Positions 1 to 8,933 of a DNA stretch of 29,660 bases are shown piece after piece. Position 1 is the stretch's first letter, and each line of letters opens with the position of its first letter. A program made the translations under genes and the position numbers. The notes under the pieces are model-generated. The model did not search any database. It saw nothing but the letters and a program-made list of their open reading frames with translations, and was not told the origin of the DNA. The DNA is taken from the IMG/VR virus record IMGVR_UViG_3300012942_000106, positions 1 to 29,660 of that record; one strand, given 5' to 3'. This stretch comes from a virus (lineage: Duplodnaviria; Caudoviricetes).

Positions 1-436
1 ACGGAGTACCGCTCGGCCCTATATTCGTTGCTACTGTTAATTGGTTAATTGCATCATATACTCCTGTGAACAAATCTATTAATGATGTTAAGTTGTTTTT
101 AATCTGTACTTTACCATCAGTAGAATCAATAAAAACTGTTAATCCATCCTGTACATATTCTATGCTTTCAACTTCATCTATTTTTGCTAAATACAAATCA
201 TCTAAATCTCCAGTAATAGAAGCAATCAATACATTGGTATTCTTTTTAGGCTTTAAAATCAAGTGATTAGTTGAGCTATTTACCGTAGCTTTTAATCTTA
301 TATCTTTAATTATCAAGCCACTTGTCAACTTCACGTCACAAGTTTCATCAGATACTTTATTTACCTGGCCTTGTAAAGGAAGGTTGCGCATATCTCCAAC
401 AATCTCCTTGAGCTTTTTCTTTATTTCTTCAGACAT
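1..436 (-). CDS. Baseplate spike/gpV-like protein, 5' part (runs off the window)
   Basis: Not in the ORF track. ATG at 436, just after the stop of 439..1404, reads MSEEIKKKLKEIVGDMRNLPLQGQVNKVSDETCDVKL...NIGPSGTP without a stop to the edge. Its position after the hub gene is typical of the spike. Confidence 0.65.
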   Translation of the reverse strand, partial: MSEEIKKKLKEIVGDMRNLPLQGQVNKVSDETCDVKLTSGLIIKDIRLKATVNSSTNHLILKPKKNTNVLIASITGDLDDLYLAKIDEVESIEYVQDGLTVFIDSTDGKVQIKNNLTSLIDLFTGVYDAINQLTVATNIGPSGTP

Positions 437-438
437 AC

Positions 439-1404
439 TCATAGCTTAATTCCTAAGTTTATGGTACGTTTTCCTCCTGAAGAAGAGAAAGTCGTTTTTA
501 CCGATTTTACATAATAACTACCGTCTTTATCAGGATAATCTTTATCTTGAAGCTTACATGTATAAGTTGGTTTACAAATAGGAAGCAACCAAGCATCAAA
601 TGAACCATCGTAACCATCTGCACTCCTTTTTATCAGTTCTGCATCTGCCAGCTTCTTCATGTCATCTTGAGAAAGATTTGAAGCTTTAATATTTACCGTT
701 TCTCCACCAGTATCTCCAGATTTATATTCGGTAGACTTTCCATTTGAATTAACTGATTCTACAATAACCTGTACTTTTCTATCTTCTGCCTTTTTATATT
801 CTAATGAAGAAGATTCGATATTCATATCCATTGCATACTTTACCTCTCCACCTTTTTCTTTAAAAGGAAAATGAACATGAAGCTCTTTCTTCTCTGTATC
901 AAAAAATACATTTGCCTTCGTTTCCTCTTGTAGCTTCTTCAATACATCATAAGCGGTAGCTTTCTGAATAGTAAATTTGGCATAACTGATATCATAATCA
1001 CATACCAATGTGAATGATGGATCTATCTGATCTATTAATTTTTGACAAATTTTTGATACAGATGTTGAAATCAATTGCTCATCAGCTACTTGTTTTCTAA
1101 ATAAAAATAAAGCATCTTCACAATTAATTTTCAATGCTTGATTATTAGTAGTTACATCTGTTACATAACCTATAAATTCAGGATTTAAAACACCGTTATA
1201 ACCTAATTTAATTACCACTTCAGCCCCACGTCCAATCTTACTTGTAATATCCAGAACTTTATTCAAAACTGCTTCAGGAAGAACAATTACAGCTGTATCA
1301 ACCAACAATGTAACATCAGACATTATCTCAACAGAATCTAACAGCTGAAGTTGATACTTCTTGCTATTATAATTGAATTGTATGTCGTAACTCATATCGT
1401 ACAT
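439..1404 (-). CDS. Baseplate hub / late control D (Mu gp44-like) protein
   Basis: 321 aa, IKLGYNG...FIGYV and C-terminal GSYYVKSVKTTFSSSGGKRTINLG. Located after the tape measure and DUF6046-like genes. Confidence 0.75.
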   Translation of the reverse strand: MYDMSYDIQFNYNSKKYQLQLLDSVEIMSDVTLLVDTAVIVLPEAVLNKVLDITSKIGRGAEVVIKLGYNGVLNPEFIGYVTDVTTNNQALKINCEDALFLFRKQVADEQLISTSVSKICQKLIDQIDPSFTLVCDYDISYAKFTIQKATAYDVLKKLQEETKANVFFDTEKKELHVHFPFKEKGGEVKYAMDMNIESSSLEYKKAEDRKVQVIVESVNSNGKSTEYKSGDTGGETVNIKASNLSQDDMKKLADAELIKRSADGYDGSFDAWLLPICKPTYTCKLQDKDYPDKDGSYYVKSVKTTFSSSGGKRTINLGIKL

Positions 1405-2063
1405 TAGTCTGGTATTTCTAGTAAAAATTCAGGTGAAAAATCCGAAGAACAAGTAATAGAATATGCTTGTACATTCTCTCCCTTTGAAAATGGAAAAGTA
1501 AAATCATCAACAACCAAATAATTAATGCCAAGTAGCTGTAATGGTTCACAACGAACTTCAATTCCTTGTGGATCTGTCATAAAATCTCTTAACTTTTCAA
1601 AATCGGCTCTCGGAAAAGTATCTTGTAAGCTTCCAAACATTTGTTCACCAAACAATACGCCTGTAATGGTAATTGAATAATCATTTTGAGCCCAGTGCTC
1701 TTTTACAGTCCCTATAAAATTAGGCGCTTTAGCTACTTTTCTTTTTATGATGTCATTTCCGCCACCAATAGTGATAAGTGGTTCATAAGGCAAAGTGTAC
1801 CAGGATGCATTTTCTTTTCGTTGTCGGAATGATAATGGGAAAAACTGACCACTTACGTTTGATGCATCCGCTTGCCAGTTATTAGATCTAACTGAAGACT
1901 GAACATCTTCTACTTGAACCTTATTTTTAAACGGCAAGAAATGAGTAGGAGGTAATACATGCTTCATTGCTTGATTTTCTACAGCATCAAAACGTGGTAG
2001 CTGTTTAGCTAATTTACTACCTACAAGGCTTGCATATAATATTTCTTTATCGCTTAAAATCAT
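1404..2063 (-). CDS. DUF6046-like tail/baseplate (tube-initiator type) protein
   Basis: 219 aa, GTVKEHW..DYSITITG and QAYSITCSSD motifs. Overlaps the tape measure stop. Confidence 0.65.
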   Translation of the reverse strand: MILSDKEILYASLVGSKLAKQLPRFDAVENQAMKHVLPPTHFLPFKNKVQVEDVQSSVRSNNWQADASNVSGQFFPLSFRQRKENASWYTLPYEPLITIGGGNDIIKRKVAKAPNFIGTVKEHWAQNDYSITITGVLFGEQMFGSLQDTFPRADFEKLRDFMTDPQGIEVRCEPLQLLGINYLVVDDFTFPFSKGENVQAYSITCSSDFSPEFLLEIPD

Positions 2064-4168
2064 CCTGCTGCTACATTTGCCATTGCTAAAGTTCTCAATA
2101 GAGCATCTTCTGTTTGCTCTTGCATTTCATTTACACTTTCTTTGAAGTTTTTACCTGCTACAGTAAAGTTTTCAATCATATTTTTAAAAGTCAAATTCAC
2201 AACAGTATTCTTTGTTCCCCCTGTTGCTATTGCTTCATTGCTTTTTTTGCCATTTACTGTAGGAGCACTCTTTCCTATTCCTTTACCGTTTCCTGTTCTG
2301 TCAACTCCTGATATCTTTGATTCTGCAATTCCATCAACTAAATTACTCTTACCAGTAGCTTTGTCTGTCTTTTTCTTTCCGCTTTTTGCGGCTTCTGTTT
2401 TAACAGAAAGTGAATTAAAAGCCAATACGGCTTCTTTTGCTGCTGATATTCCTAAATCTTTTATTTTCTTAGCACCATCTAATATTGCGTTCTTTCTTTT
2501 TTCTGTATCAGCGTCAATTGCTTTTATAGCAGCATTATTCTCTTTTTCATCACCTAAACCAACAGAGTTCTTAAATTCATACCAACCTCTTTTTACTTTA
2601 TCAATTCCTATCATAATAGCATCTACCATTGTTAGAAATGCAAATTTTCCAGTTTCAACAAACAATTGGAATGACAGTTTCATAAAATTAACAGTATGTC
2701 TCCATAAATTTCCCCAACCCTGTATTTTTGTTGCAATAAGCACTATTACAGCAATGAGCGCCATAATGCCAATTATAATCCAAGTGATAGGTGACGCATA
2801 AAGAGCAGCATTTAAAGCCCATTGTGCTGCGTTCCAAAGCCATAAAGCTCCGTTTAAAACACCAATCGCAATTGCTTTTGCATAAGCTCCTGCAGTAGTA
2901 ATAGCACTCCAAACACTCTGTAATTTTTCCTTTGATGTTACAAATGAAATAACACTTCCCATTGCAGAAAAAAGAGGTATTATATTACTAACATCCCTCA
3001 CGTTATCGCCTAAAACACTTGCATAACCAATCCAACCATTAGAGCCGTTAAACAAGGATATTTTTAGATCATCTATTTTAGCTTTTAATCTAGCTTGTTT
3101 CTCTGCAGAACTTTCCATGACAATATTTGCCTGTTCTTGTGCTGATTGTGTTCCTGTTATCTTCTTCGTTAATTCATCTTGTGCGTCAATCGAACTTAAG
3201 AGTATATTAGCTGCAGCAGCATTTTCAGTACCAAATACTTGCGCCATTACAGTTGCGTCACCTTGCGCTTTACGAAGCTCTCTAAGTCGAGATGTTAATG
3301 GTATAGAAGTGTCAGAAACAATAGACATATCAACACCAAGCGATTTCAATTTACCCGCTGCTTCTTTTGGAATGATATCTTCACCTGCCATTTTTCCAAG
3401 CACATTACGCAGAGCAACTCCTGCTTCAGCACCTTCTTTCCCTCCTGCAGCCAATGCTTGTATTGCGCTGTTGGTTTCTTCAAATGAGACCTTTGATAAT
3501 TTAGCCTGAACGCCTGCAACTTTTAATGCGGCACTAATCTGTGGCACTTCAGCCGCACCTTCTTGTGCGCCTGCTGCCATCACATTCATCATGCGTGACA
3601 TTTCTTGTGCGGCTGTTTTCGGATTAGAAAGATCAACACCAAATTGCAATATACCAGTCGTTAATGCATCAACTGCTCCTGCTGCATCTCCACCCATTGT
3701 CTTCGACAAGATGCGCACATATTTTTCCATTGCAGAAAGTGCGCCCTGGTCTTTTGCAATGTCGGGACCGAAACGAGAAAGGATTGTTTTGTAGTTATTT
3801 AAAGAATCGGTTGCAGAGCCACCAAACTCTTTTGCGGAAGCTCGTGCTTTTGCACCAAGTTTATCGAGATTCTTTCCTGTTACTCCTGTTAAAGCCGATA
3901 ATTCAGCTAATCCTGAAGAGTATTCAAGTCCATTTGATGAGAGCGCTGTAAGCCCTGATGAAACTCTGTCTACTTGATCCAGAATCGACGATAAGTTTAT
4001 TGATTTTATTTTAGAATTAATACTGTTAACCGTACTTGCGAAAGCTTTATTGACTTTTATTGTGGCAGATTGTACTTTTACAAAACCAGCAGAAATTTTA
4101 TCTATAGATGCTGTAACTTTTCCGTCATTTATGGTAAAATTTATATTGAATTTTAAATTATCTTCCAT
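2060..4168 (-). CDS. Tail tape measure protein
   Basis: 702 aa, Ala/Gly-rich helical, AGVALRNVL motif, hydrophobic Trp-containing segment. Follows tube and chaperone genes. Confidence 0.9.
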   Translation of the reverse strand: MEDNLKFNINFTINDGKVTASIDKISAGFVKVQSATIKVNKAFASTVNSINSKIKSINLSSILDQVDRVSSGLTALSSNGLEYSSGLAELSALTGVTGKNLDKLGAKARASAKEFGGSATDSLNNYKTILSRFGPDIAKDQGALSAMEKYVRILSKTMGGDAAGAVDALTTGILQFGVDLSNPKTAAQEMSRMMNVMAAGAQEGAAEVPQISAALKVAGVQAKLSKVSFEETNSAIQALAAGGKEGAEAGVALRNVLGKMAGEDIIPKEAAGKLKSLGVDMSIVSDTSIPLTSRLRELRKAQGDATVMAQVFGTENAAAANILLSSIDAQDELTKKITGTQSAQEQANIVMESSAEKQARLKAKIDDLKISLFNGSNGWIGYASVLGDNVRDVSNIIPLFSAMGSVISFVTSKEKLQSVWSAITTAGAYAKAIAIGVLNGALWLWNAAQWALNAALYASPITWIIIGIMALIAVIVLIATKIQGWGNLWRHTVNFMKLSFQLFVETGKFAFLTMVDAIMIGIDKVKRGWYEFKNSVGLGDEKENNAAIKAIDADTEKRKNAILDGAKKIKDLGISAAKEAVLAFNSLSVKTEAAKSGKKKTDKATGKSNLVDGIAESKISGVDRTGNGKGIGKSAPTVNGKKSNEAIATGGTKNTVVNLTFKNMIENFTVAGKNFKESVNEMQEQTEDALLRTLAMANVAAG

Positions 4169-4175
4169 ATATTTG
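4168..4175 (+). promoter_or_regulatory. Bacteroidota sigma-A -7 element TATATTTG
   Basis: Exact TAnnTTTG match 4 nt upstream of the ATG at 4180. Confidence 0.45.
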
Positions 4176-4179
4176 CATC

Positions 4180-4266
4180 ATGAGTGATTATTTTACTATA
4201 CTTTCTGCAGAGATTGTCATGGGTTTGTTTTTCTTAAGCGTTATATACAGAGCTTTCAAAGATTAA
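4180..4266 (+). CDS. 28-aa hydrophobic peptide (moron candidate), antisense to the tail operon
   Basis: MSDYFTILSAEIVMGLFFLSVIYRAFKD*. Fills the gap between the chaperone frameshift extension and the tape measure, with its own -7 motif. Confidence 0.5.
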   Translation: MSDYFTILSAEIVMGLFFLSVIYRAFKD

Positions 4267-4436
4267 CTAGTTTGAGCTTCTTTCTTTCTAATCCAAATTA
4301 GTTCGTTATAATAATTTGCCCATTCTTCATCGGACAGGCTTTCAGGATCTTGAACATGATAATAGTATCGCATTAATATGTTTGCGACTCTTATCCAATC
4401 ATTTTCATCAACTACTGAAGCCTCTACAACTTTTCC
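4263..4436 (-). CDS. Tail assembly chaperone -1 frameshift extension (lambda gpT equivalent)
   Basis: Slippery G GAA AAG (4436-4430) just before the chaperone stop. The -1 frame reads VVEASVVDENDWIRVANILMRYYYHVQDPESLSDEEWANYYNELIWIRKKEAQTS*. Confidence 0.75.
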   Translation of the reverse strand, partial: GKVVEASVVDENDWIRVANILMRYYYHVQDPESLSDEEWANYYNELIWIRKKEAQTS

Positions 4437-4711
4437 AACTCAGCTTCTTTAATTTCGATAAGATCACCGATTTTAGAAGATGCTGATAAGAATAACATAT
4501 CATCAGTTTTAATTTCTTCGTCTCCACCTAACCAACATTGCGCTAGGATAACTTCATTGAATTTAAAAGGATCTTTTGCTCCTGCAGTAGATGCATAAGA
4601 AAGTGTTTTGCGGTTAGGTTTTTTTAAATAGCACGTTTTGTCTTCAACTGAAAGTTTATAAACGTCTCCGTGCTTTTCTTTCCATTCTTGGATTTGTTCC
4701 TGTGATACCAT
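4424..4711 (-). CDS. Tail assembly chaperone (gpG equivalent)
   Basis: 95 aa, QIQEWKEKHG...CYLKKP...CWLGGDEEI. Lies between tube and tape measure. Confidence 0.8.
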   Translation of the reverse strand: MVSQEQIQEWKEKHGDVYKLSVEDKTCYLKKPNRKTLSYASTAGAKDPFKFNEVILAQCWLGGDEEIKTDDMLFLSASSKIGDLIEIKEAELEKL

Positions 4712-4713
4712 GA

Positions 4714-5124
4714 TTAAGATGTTTGGTTGGTTAATTTAAGCGCCATAAATGGCAATGTTATTACTTGGTTTTTATCTCCTTGCTTGAATTCTTTTGCAGC
4801 TTCTGAGAAACGAAGTCCTGAAATTCTATCAGTGATCATTGCGTCTGGAGGATTACCGTAAGATACTTGAGCATCTACTGCCAACCCGAGAACAGAACCC
4901 CCTCCAGAAATAACCAATGCTTCATACTCAGATTGTAGTAATGTAATCTCACCTTCTATAGTGATATTACCACTTTGAATAGAGTGTGGATACTTTCCTT
5001 TTGCAAAAATTGCTTCACGTTCTACTTTTTCAGAATACTTGATTCCTTGGAATCCTGTAATATCTTGACCTCCTAAAATGAGTGTTAAATCTGACCACTC
5101 ATATTCGCGTGCGTTAAATGCCAT
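4714..5124 (-). CDS. Tail tube protein
   Basis: 136 aa, FNAREYEWSD...ITLPF. Directly after the sheath gene. Confidence 0.8.
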   Translation of the reverse strand: MAFNAREYEWSDLTLILGGQDITGFQGIKYSEKVEREAIFAKGKYPHSIQSGNITIEGEITLLQSEYEALVISGGGSVLGLAVDAQVSYGNPPDAMITDRISGLRFSEAAKEFKQGDKNQVITLPFMALKLTNQTS

Positions 5125-5151
5125 TTCTATTGTATTTAATTAGTGATTAAA

Positions 5152-6369
5152 TTATGATGCAGGAACAAATCCCAACGGTACGTCAATGAATTCTGCTTGA
5201 CCTCTCAATCTTACTCGTAAGTAATTCAATTTAATTTTTGAAGTCGATTGAACATTCCAAGAAGTGTCAATTGAGCAAATTACTCCTTGATCGTCTTTAT
5301 CAGTTGGATCGTGTGACAGCTCCTCATTATTAGTCATTGAACTTTCAATAGTAGCTCTAACCTGTGCTGACAATTCACTTGCAAAAAATGGAGATATTGT
5401 TCCATCGTTATTCAATGAGAAATCATCTAATAATTCATTCAGCAATACTCCGTATGCAAGGCGATAAGCCTTATCAATTACACGTCTATTACTTAAATGA
5501 TTATAATCATCTGTTGGTAATGTAGCCAAAGGATCATACGTAAAAAAGTAACCAGATCTACCAACATGTTGACGAAAAGTGATGTAAGATTTATCATGCA
5601 ATGATGCAACATCAAAGCTTTCAATTGGAGTATCTAGGATATAAATCTTCAACGGTTTTAAAGGACCTAATTTTACCTTACCGATATTTTCAGATACTTT
5701 AATTCTTGCTATTCGACCACCAAGAACTCCAACTGCACTTCCTTTAGAGGCAGTAGTTCCTGTTCTTGTTTCAGTATCTCCAACCAAAACAGCAGTTCTG
5801 TTATTGGATTCAAGAGATAAGTCAACTATACTTGCTAATGTTCCATCGTAGTTATAACCATCAATTATTACAAAAATAGGAGCATACTTATTTGTCGTAT
5901 AATTTTCAGCTAAAGTTTGAGCTTTAGTTCTCGCTAATAATACATCTGCGTCAAATCCATCAGTAATGGTAGAAGTATAACTTCCATCAGGATTGAATGC
6001 GGTTAATAAACCTCTTATTCTTCCATTGGCAGCATCTAATAATGTCTCTGCTGGTGTTTTTCCTGATACTGGCGTAAACCAATCACTCATTTTAGTTGTC
6101 TGAGCTTTACCAATCAACCAAAGTTCTGTACCTTCACCTGCTTCTGCATAAAATTCAGAAAGAGCTTTATACAAAATGTGGTTATCTATCGAATCAGTAA
6201 TACCTAAAGCGGCTACATCCGTCATCCCTTTAAGAATGTAAGGAGTGTCTAAAACAAAAGTAGGTGAAACAGCTACTGCGTTTCCGATTAGTCCTAAAAC
6301 ACCGTCTGGACTTACAACGACATTACTTACGTTGCCGTTTTCAAATTGAATATCTATACCTGGTAACAT
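5152..6369 (-). CDS. Tail sheath protein (DUF2586-like)
   Basis: 405 aa, GRSGYFF...DYNHLSNRRVIDKAYR sheath C-terminal motif. Confidence 0.85.
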   Translation of the reverse strand: MLPGIDIQFENGNVSNVVVSPDGVLGLIGNAVAVSPTFVLDTPYILKGMTDVAALGITDSIDNHILYKALSEFYAEAGEGTELWLIGKAQTTKMSDWFTPVSGKTPAETLLDAANGRIRGLLTAFNPDGSYTSTITDGFDADVLLARTKAQTLAENYTTNKYAPIFVIIDGYNYDGTLASIVDLSLESNNRTAVLVGDTETRTGTTASKGSAVGVLGGRIARIKVSENIGKVKLGPLKPLKIYILDTPIESFDVASLHDKSYITFRQHVGRSGYFFTYDPLATLPTDDYNHLSNRRVIDKAYRLAYGVLLNELLDDFSLNNDGTISPFFASELSAQVRATIESSMTNNEELSHDPTDKDDQGVICSIDTSWNVQSTSKIKLNYLRVRLRGQAEFIDVPLGFVPAS

Positions 6370-6389
6370 AGCTTGCTTTTTTTGGTCAA

Positions 6390-6737
6390 TTAAGATTTTA
6401 ATTCTTCAGCAGATTTTTCTTCAACTACTTTTTCTGCTTTTGCAGGAGCTTTCGCTTTTGCAGGAGCTTTCGCTTTCGCTTTTGCTTCAGCTTTTGCCAA
6501 TGCATCAGCTTCTTTTTTAGCAATTAATTCTGCTTCCTTTTTTTTTCTTGCTGCAGTTTCTTCTTCTGTCTCTTCAACATCTTTCTCTTTTTTGAAAGAG
6601 TTTTTAACCAAATCAACAGACTTATCGTCTAATGTTTTTGAGTGGTTTCTTGCAGAATCTTCTGAATAAAACGCCTGATCATCACTCGTGAAAAAAGCCT
6701 CCTTTAAATTCGGGTGTGTTTTGAAAATTGATTTCAT
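6390..6737 (-). CDS. Hypothetical phage protein with Ala/Lys/Glu-rich tail
   Basis: 115 aa, FTSDDQAF...ARNH N-terminal domain and a low-complexity C-terminus. Confidence 0.65.
   Translation of the reverse strand: MKSIFKTHPNLKEAFFTSDDQAFYSEDSARNHSKTLDDKSVDLVKNSFKKEKDVEETEEETAARKKKEAELIAKKEADALAKAEAKAKAKAPAKAKAPAKAEKVVEEKSAEELKS
6436..6471. repeat. Perfect 18-bp tandem duplication (GCTTTTGCAGGAGCTTTC x2) encoding KAPAKA repeats
   Basis: Units at 6436-6453 and 6454-6471, in frame within 6390..6737. Confidence 0.85.
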
Positions 6738-7240
6738 ATTCTATTAATTTTTAAGTATTTGTTTAAAATCCAACCTATCAAGGTCGCTATAAGAATTAAC
6801 CAAGTAATACCTCCAGTCCAAAACAAGAAGTGTTGCCACTTAGTCATTTTCTTAGGTACTTGTTCGATTATTGTTTTTTTAGTAACTTTTTCAATATGTG
6901 TAGATTCATAGTGTTCTACCCATTGCTTGAATAATTCACGTGCTTTATCTTCGCAATCAACCGTGATCTTATTATTAACAATCCTAACTTTAGGAGCTGA
7001 TAGATGATAACCTGCACTTGAAGTTGAATTAACAACACTTACTTTACCAGTAGAATCTACAGAAAGAGTGGCTATATAATGACTTGTGTCAGCTTTAATA
7101 AGATAAACCGTATCTCTAACAGTATCTCTTATCGTTTTTACAGTAGAAGTATTTGTTGAATTTTCAATGATCTGTTTTGATCCTGAGCAAGAAATTAGCG
7201 TAAAAGCTAAAAATAAGATGATGCAATGTTTTAATTTCAT
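6734..7240 (-). CDS. Lipoprotein with C-terminal TM helix, putative unimolecular spanin
   Basis: Lipobox (FTLISC) plus C-terminal hydrophobic FLFWTGGITWLILIATLIGWIL. Directly after the endolysin. Confidence 0.65.
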   Translation of the reverse strand: MKLKHCIILFLAFTLISCSGSKQIIENSTNTSTVKTIRDTVRDTVYLIKADTSHYIATLSVDSTGKVSVVNSTSSAGYHLSAPKVRIVNNKITVDCEDKARELFKQWVEHYESTHIEKVTKKTIIEQVPKKMTKWQHFLFWTGGITWLILIATLIGWILNKYLKINRI

Positions 7241-7698
7241 ACGTCGGTATTTAAAAATCCTTTACAATTCTTTACATTTCTAGTTCTGCGACATACCTCA
7301 ATACCTTCACGAGATCCATCATCATTTGTATTGCCTTCAATCGTAGTTATCATTCCATTTTGTAGCAATTTCTCTACAATTCCAGTATGACCTTGACCAT
7401 GTCCGAAATCCATAATGAAAACACAACCAGGAACAGGAGTAGTAAGTCTTAATTCTGGATGAGAATTCCATTGATCCAAAACACCTGCTGTTTTCTTTAG
7501 CCGAGTTTCTTTGAATGATTGTTTCGCAGCATTAGAGACTACCCAATAAACAAAAGCCATACACCAACTATAACCTTTTCCTAACCCTACACTTTTTAGA
7601 TATTTTTCAACATCTGGACCAGCGTTAGAACCTAATGGAACTTCAGTTACTCCTAATTGAGTAATTGCTATGGCTATAATTTTGTCGGTTATGTTCAT
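7237..7698 (-). CDS. CHAP-domain endolysin
   Basis: SWCMAFV (catalytic Cys), GHTGIV (His) and IEGNT motifs. Confidence 0.88.
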   Translation of the reverse strand: MNITDKIIAIAITQLGVTEVPLGSNAGPDVEKYLKSVGLGKGYSWCMAFVYWVVSNAAKQSFKETRLKKTAGVLDQWNSHPELRLTTPVPGCVFIMDFGHGQGHTGIVEKLLQNGMITTIEGNTNDDGSREGIEVCRRTRNVKNCKGFLNTDV

Positions 7699-8000
7699 GC
7701 TTTACCGTTTAATTGCTTGTATTTCTTTAGTTCTTCCGTCAAGTGATGCACATTTGACAATAACTCTTCAATTTTTTCAGTTTGAAGTTTTATCGTTTCC
7801 GCAGCTTTATCCAAATCAAGCACTACCTTTTGATAGCGAGCAACCCAGTCATCGACTAGCTTTTGATAATATTCAGCATTCTTCTGTGCATTATCAATCT
7901 CCTTAGATTTAGCTTCCGCCTTGTGCAATCGCCTCGCGAAGAACCAAGTAACAAACGCTGTTGCGAGCGTTGTTACTATAGTTGCTGTCGCTTCAATCAT
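7695..8000 (-). CDS. Putative holin-like protein (N-terminal TM plus coiled coil)
   Basis: N-terminal hydrophobic helix IVTTLATAFVTWFF followed by a charged coiled coil. Overlaps the endolysin start. Confidence 0.5.
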   Translation of the reverse strand: MIEATATIVTTLATAFVTWFFARRLHKAEAKSKEIDNAQKNAEYYQKLVDDWVARYQKVVLDLDKAAETIKLQTEKIEELLSNVHHLTEELKKYKQLNGKA

Positions 8001-8015
8001 GGCGGATTTATTGGC

Positions 8016-8918
8016 TTAGTAGTTCGCTCCTAAATATTTCGCTCTAACTGGTAGTGCGATAAAATAGTGGCGGTAACTCAATTGATTAGATTGTGTAGTA
8101 GGCGCTCCTGTTGAAGGAGAGAAATATTGTTTTGTTAACCCTGTTTTCTTAACTACATTTGGTACAGAGAAGAAAATAGAAGCACGCCTATCTGTTGCGC
8201 CTGGTATACTTCCGAATGCGTTTTTAACACCTACAGATGTGTAATAAGGATTAGCAACATACGTATAGATTTCCCATCCTGCAATAATTGGAACAGTTTT
8301 TCCTGCGGAGTAATTAACAAGAGCTTTCCCAACTTCACCAGTACTCAATAATAAATCATTGAAGTGATCAGATGACAAAACTACTCTACGTCCTTCTGCA
8401 GGCATTTCCATTTTATCAGCTGCTGCTTTCATAGCTACTAGATCCGCATACGTCATTTGTTTTCTACTTCCTACTGTAGTTCCTGTACATTCTACAATTG
8501 GTGTATCTGCAGAATTAGTTCCTGGCGCAAGTGAGTGAATTGCTTTTTGGTATTTTTTCTTAGTAATTGACGTTACATGAGTTTTTGTAACTCCATCAAT
8601 TTTCGGATAAGAAGCTCCCATAGTATCATCATCTGATACTGTAGTTACTTTTGTTTGGTACTTATCTAGTTGAATCGTAACCTCGTCATCCGTATATGCC
8701 TGAAGAGCTATTGGATAAGTTGTGTTATTAATCAATACATCTGGTTCAAAATCCGTTGTAGGGATATGAATGATGTTAGACTCTGAAGCGGTACCTGAAC
8801 CTACTTCGATTACTTGAACATTAAGTTCTTCTACTCCGTCTAACCATGGAGCTTGATCTTGAGTGGTGAAAAGTGTTCTTACACGGTTCAACCACACTTG
8901 TGGGAAAGTTGCTGGCAT
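8016..8918 (-). CDS. Major capsid protein
   Basis: 300 aa, directly after the protease/scaffold gene. MPAEGRRVVL and IAGWEIY motifs are typical of HK97-fold capsids. Confidence 0.8.
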   Translation of the reverse strand: MPATFPQVWLNRVRTLFTTQDQAPWLDGVEELNVQVIEVGSGTASESNIIHIPTTDFEPDVLINNTTYPIALQAYTDDEVTIQLDKYQTKVTTVSDDDTMGASYPKIDGVTKTHVTSITKKKYQKAIHSLAPGTNSADTPIVECTGTTVGSRKQMTYADLVAMKAAADKMEMPAEGRRVVLSSDHFNDLLLSTGEVGKALVNYSAGKTVPIIAGWEIYTYVANPYYTSVGVKNAFGSIPGATDRRASIFFSVPNVVKKTGLTKQYFSPSTGAPTTQSNQLSYRHYFIALPVRAKYLGANY

Positions 8919-8933
8919 CTTTATTTTTTTAGT

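Noticed and set aside
2114-3951. Plus-strand ORFs opposite the tape measure (e.g. 2142..2801, 3117..3509)
   Set aside because: Antisense shadows of a well-supported gene with no recognisable motifs. The same applies to 66..266, 9241..9537, 10838..11092, 12976..13602, 22264..22599, 24438..24713, 26045..26317 and 28801..29034.
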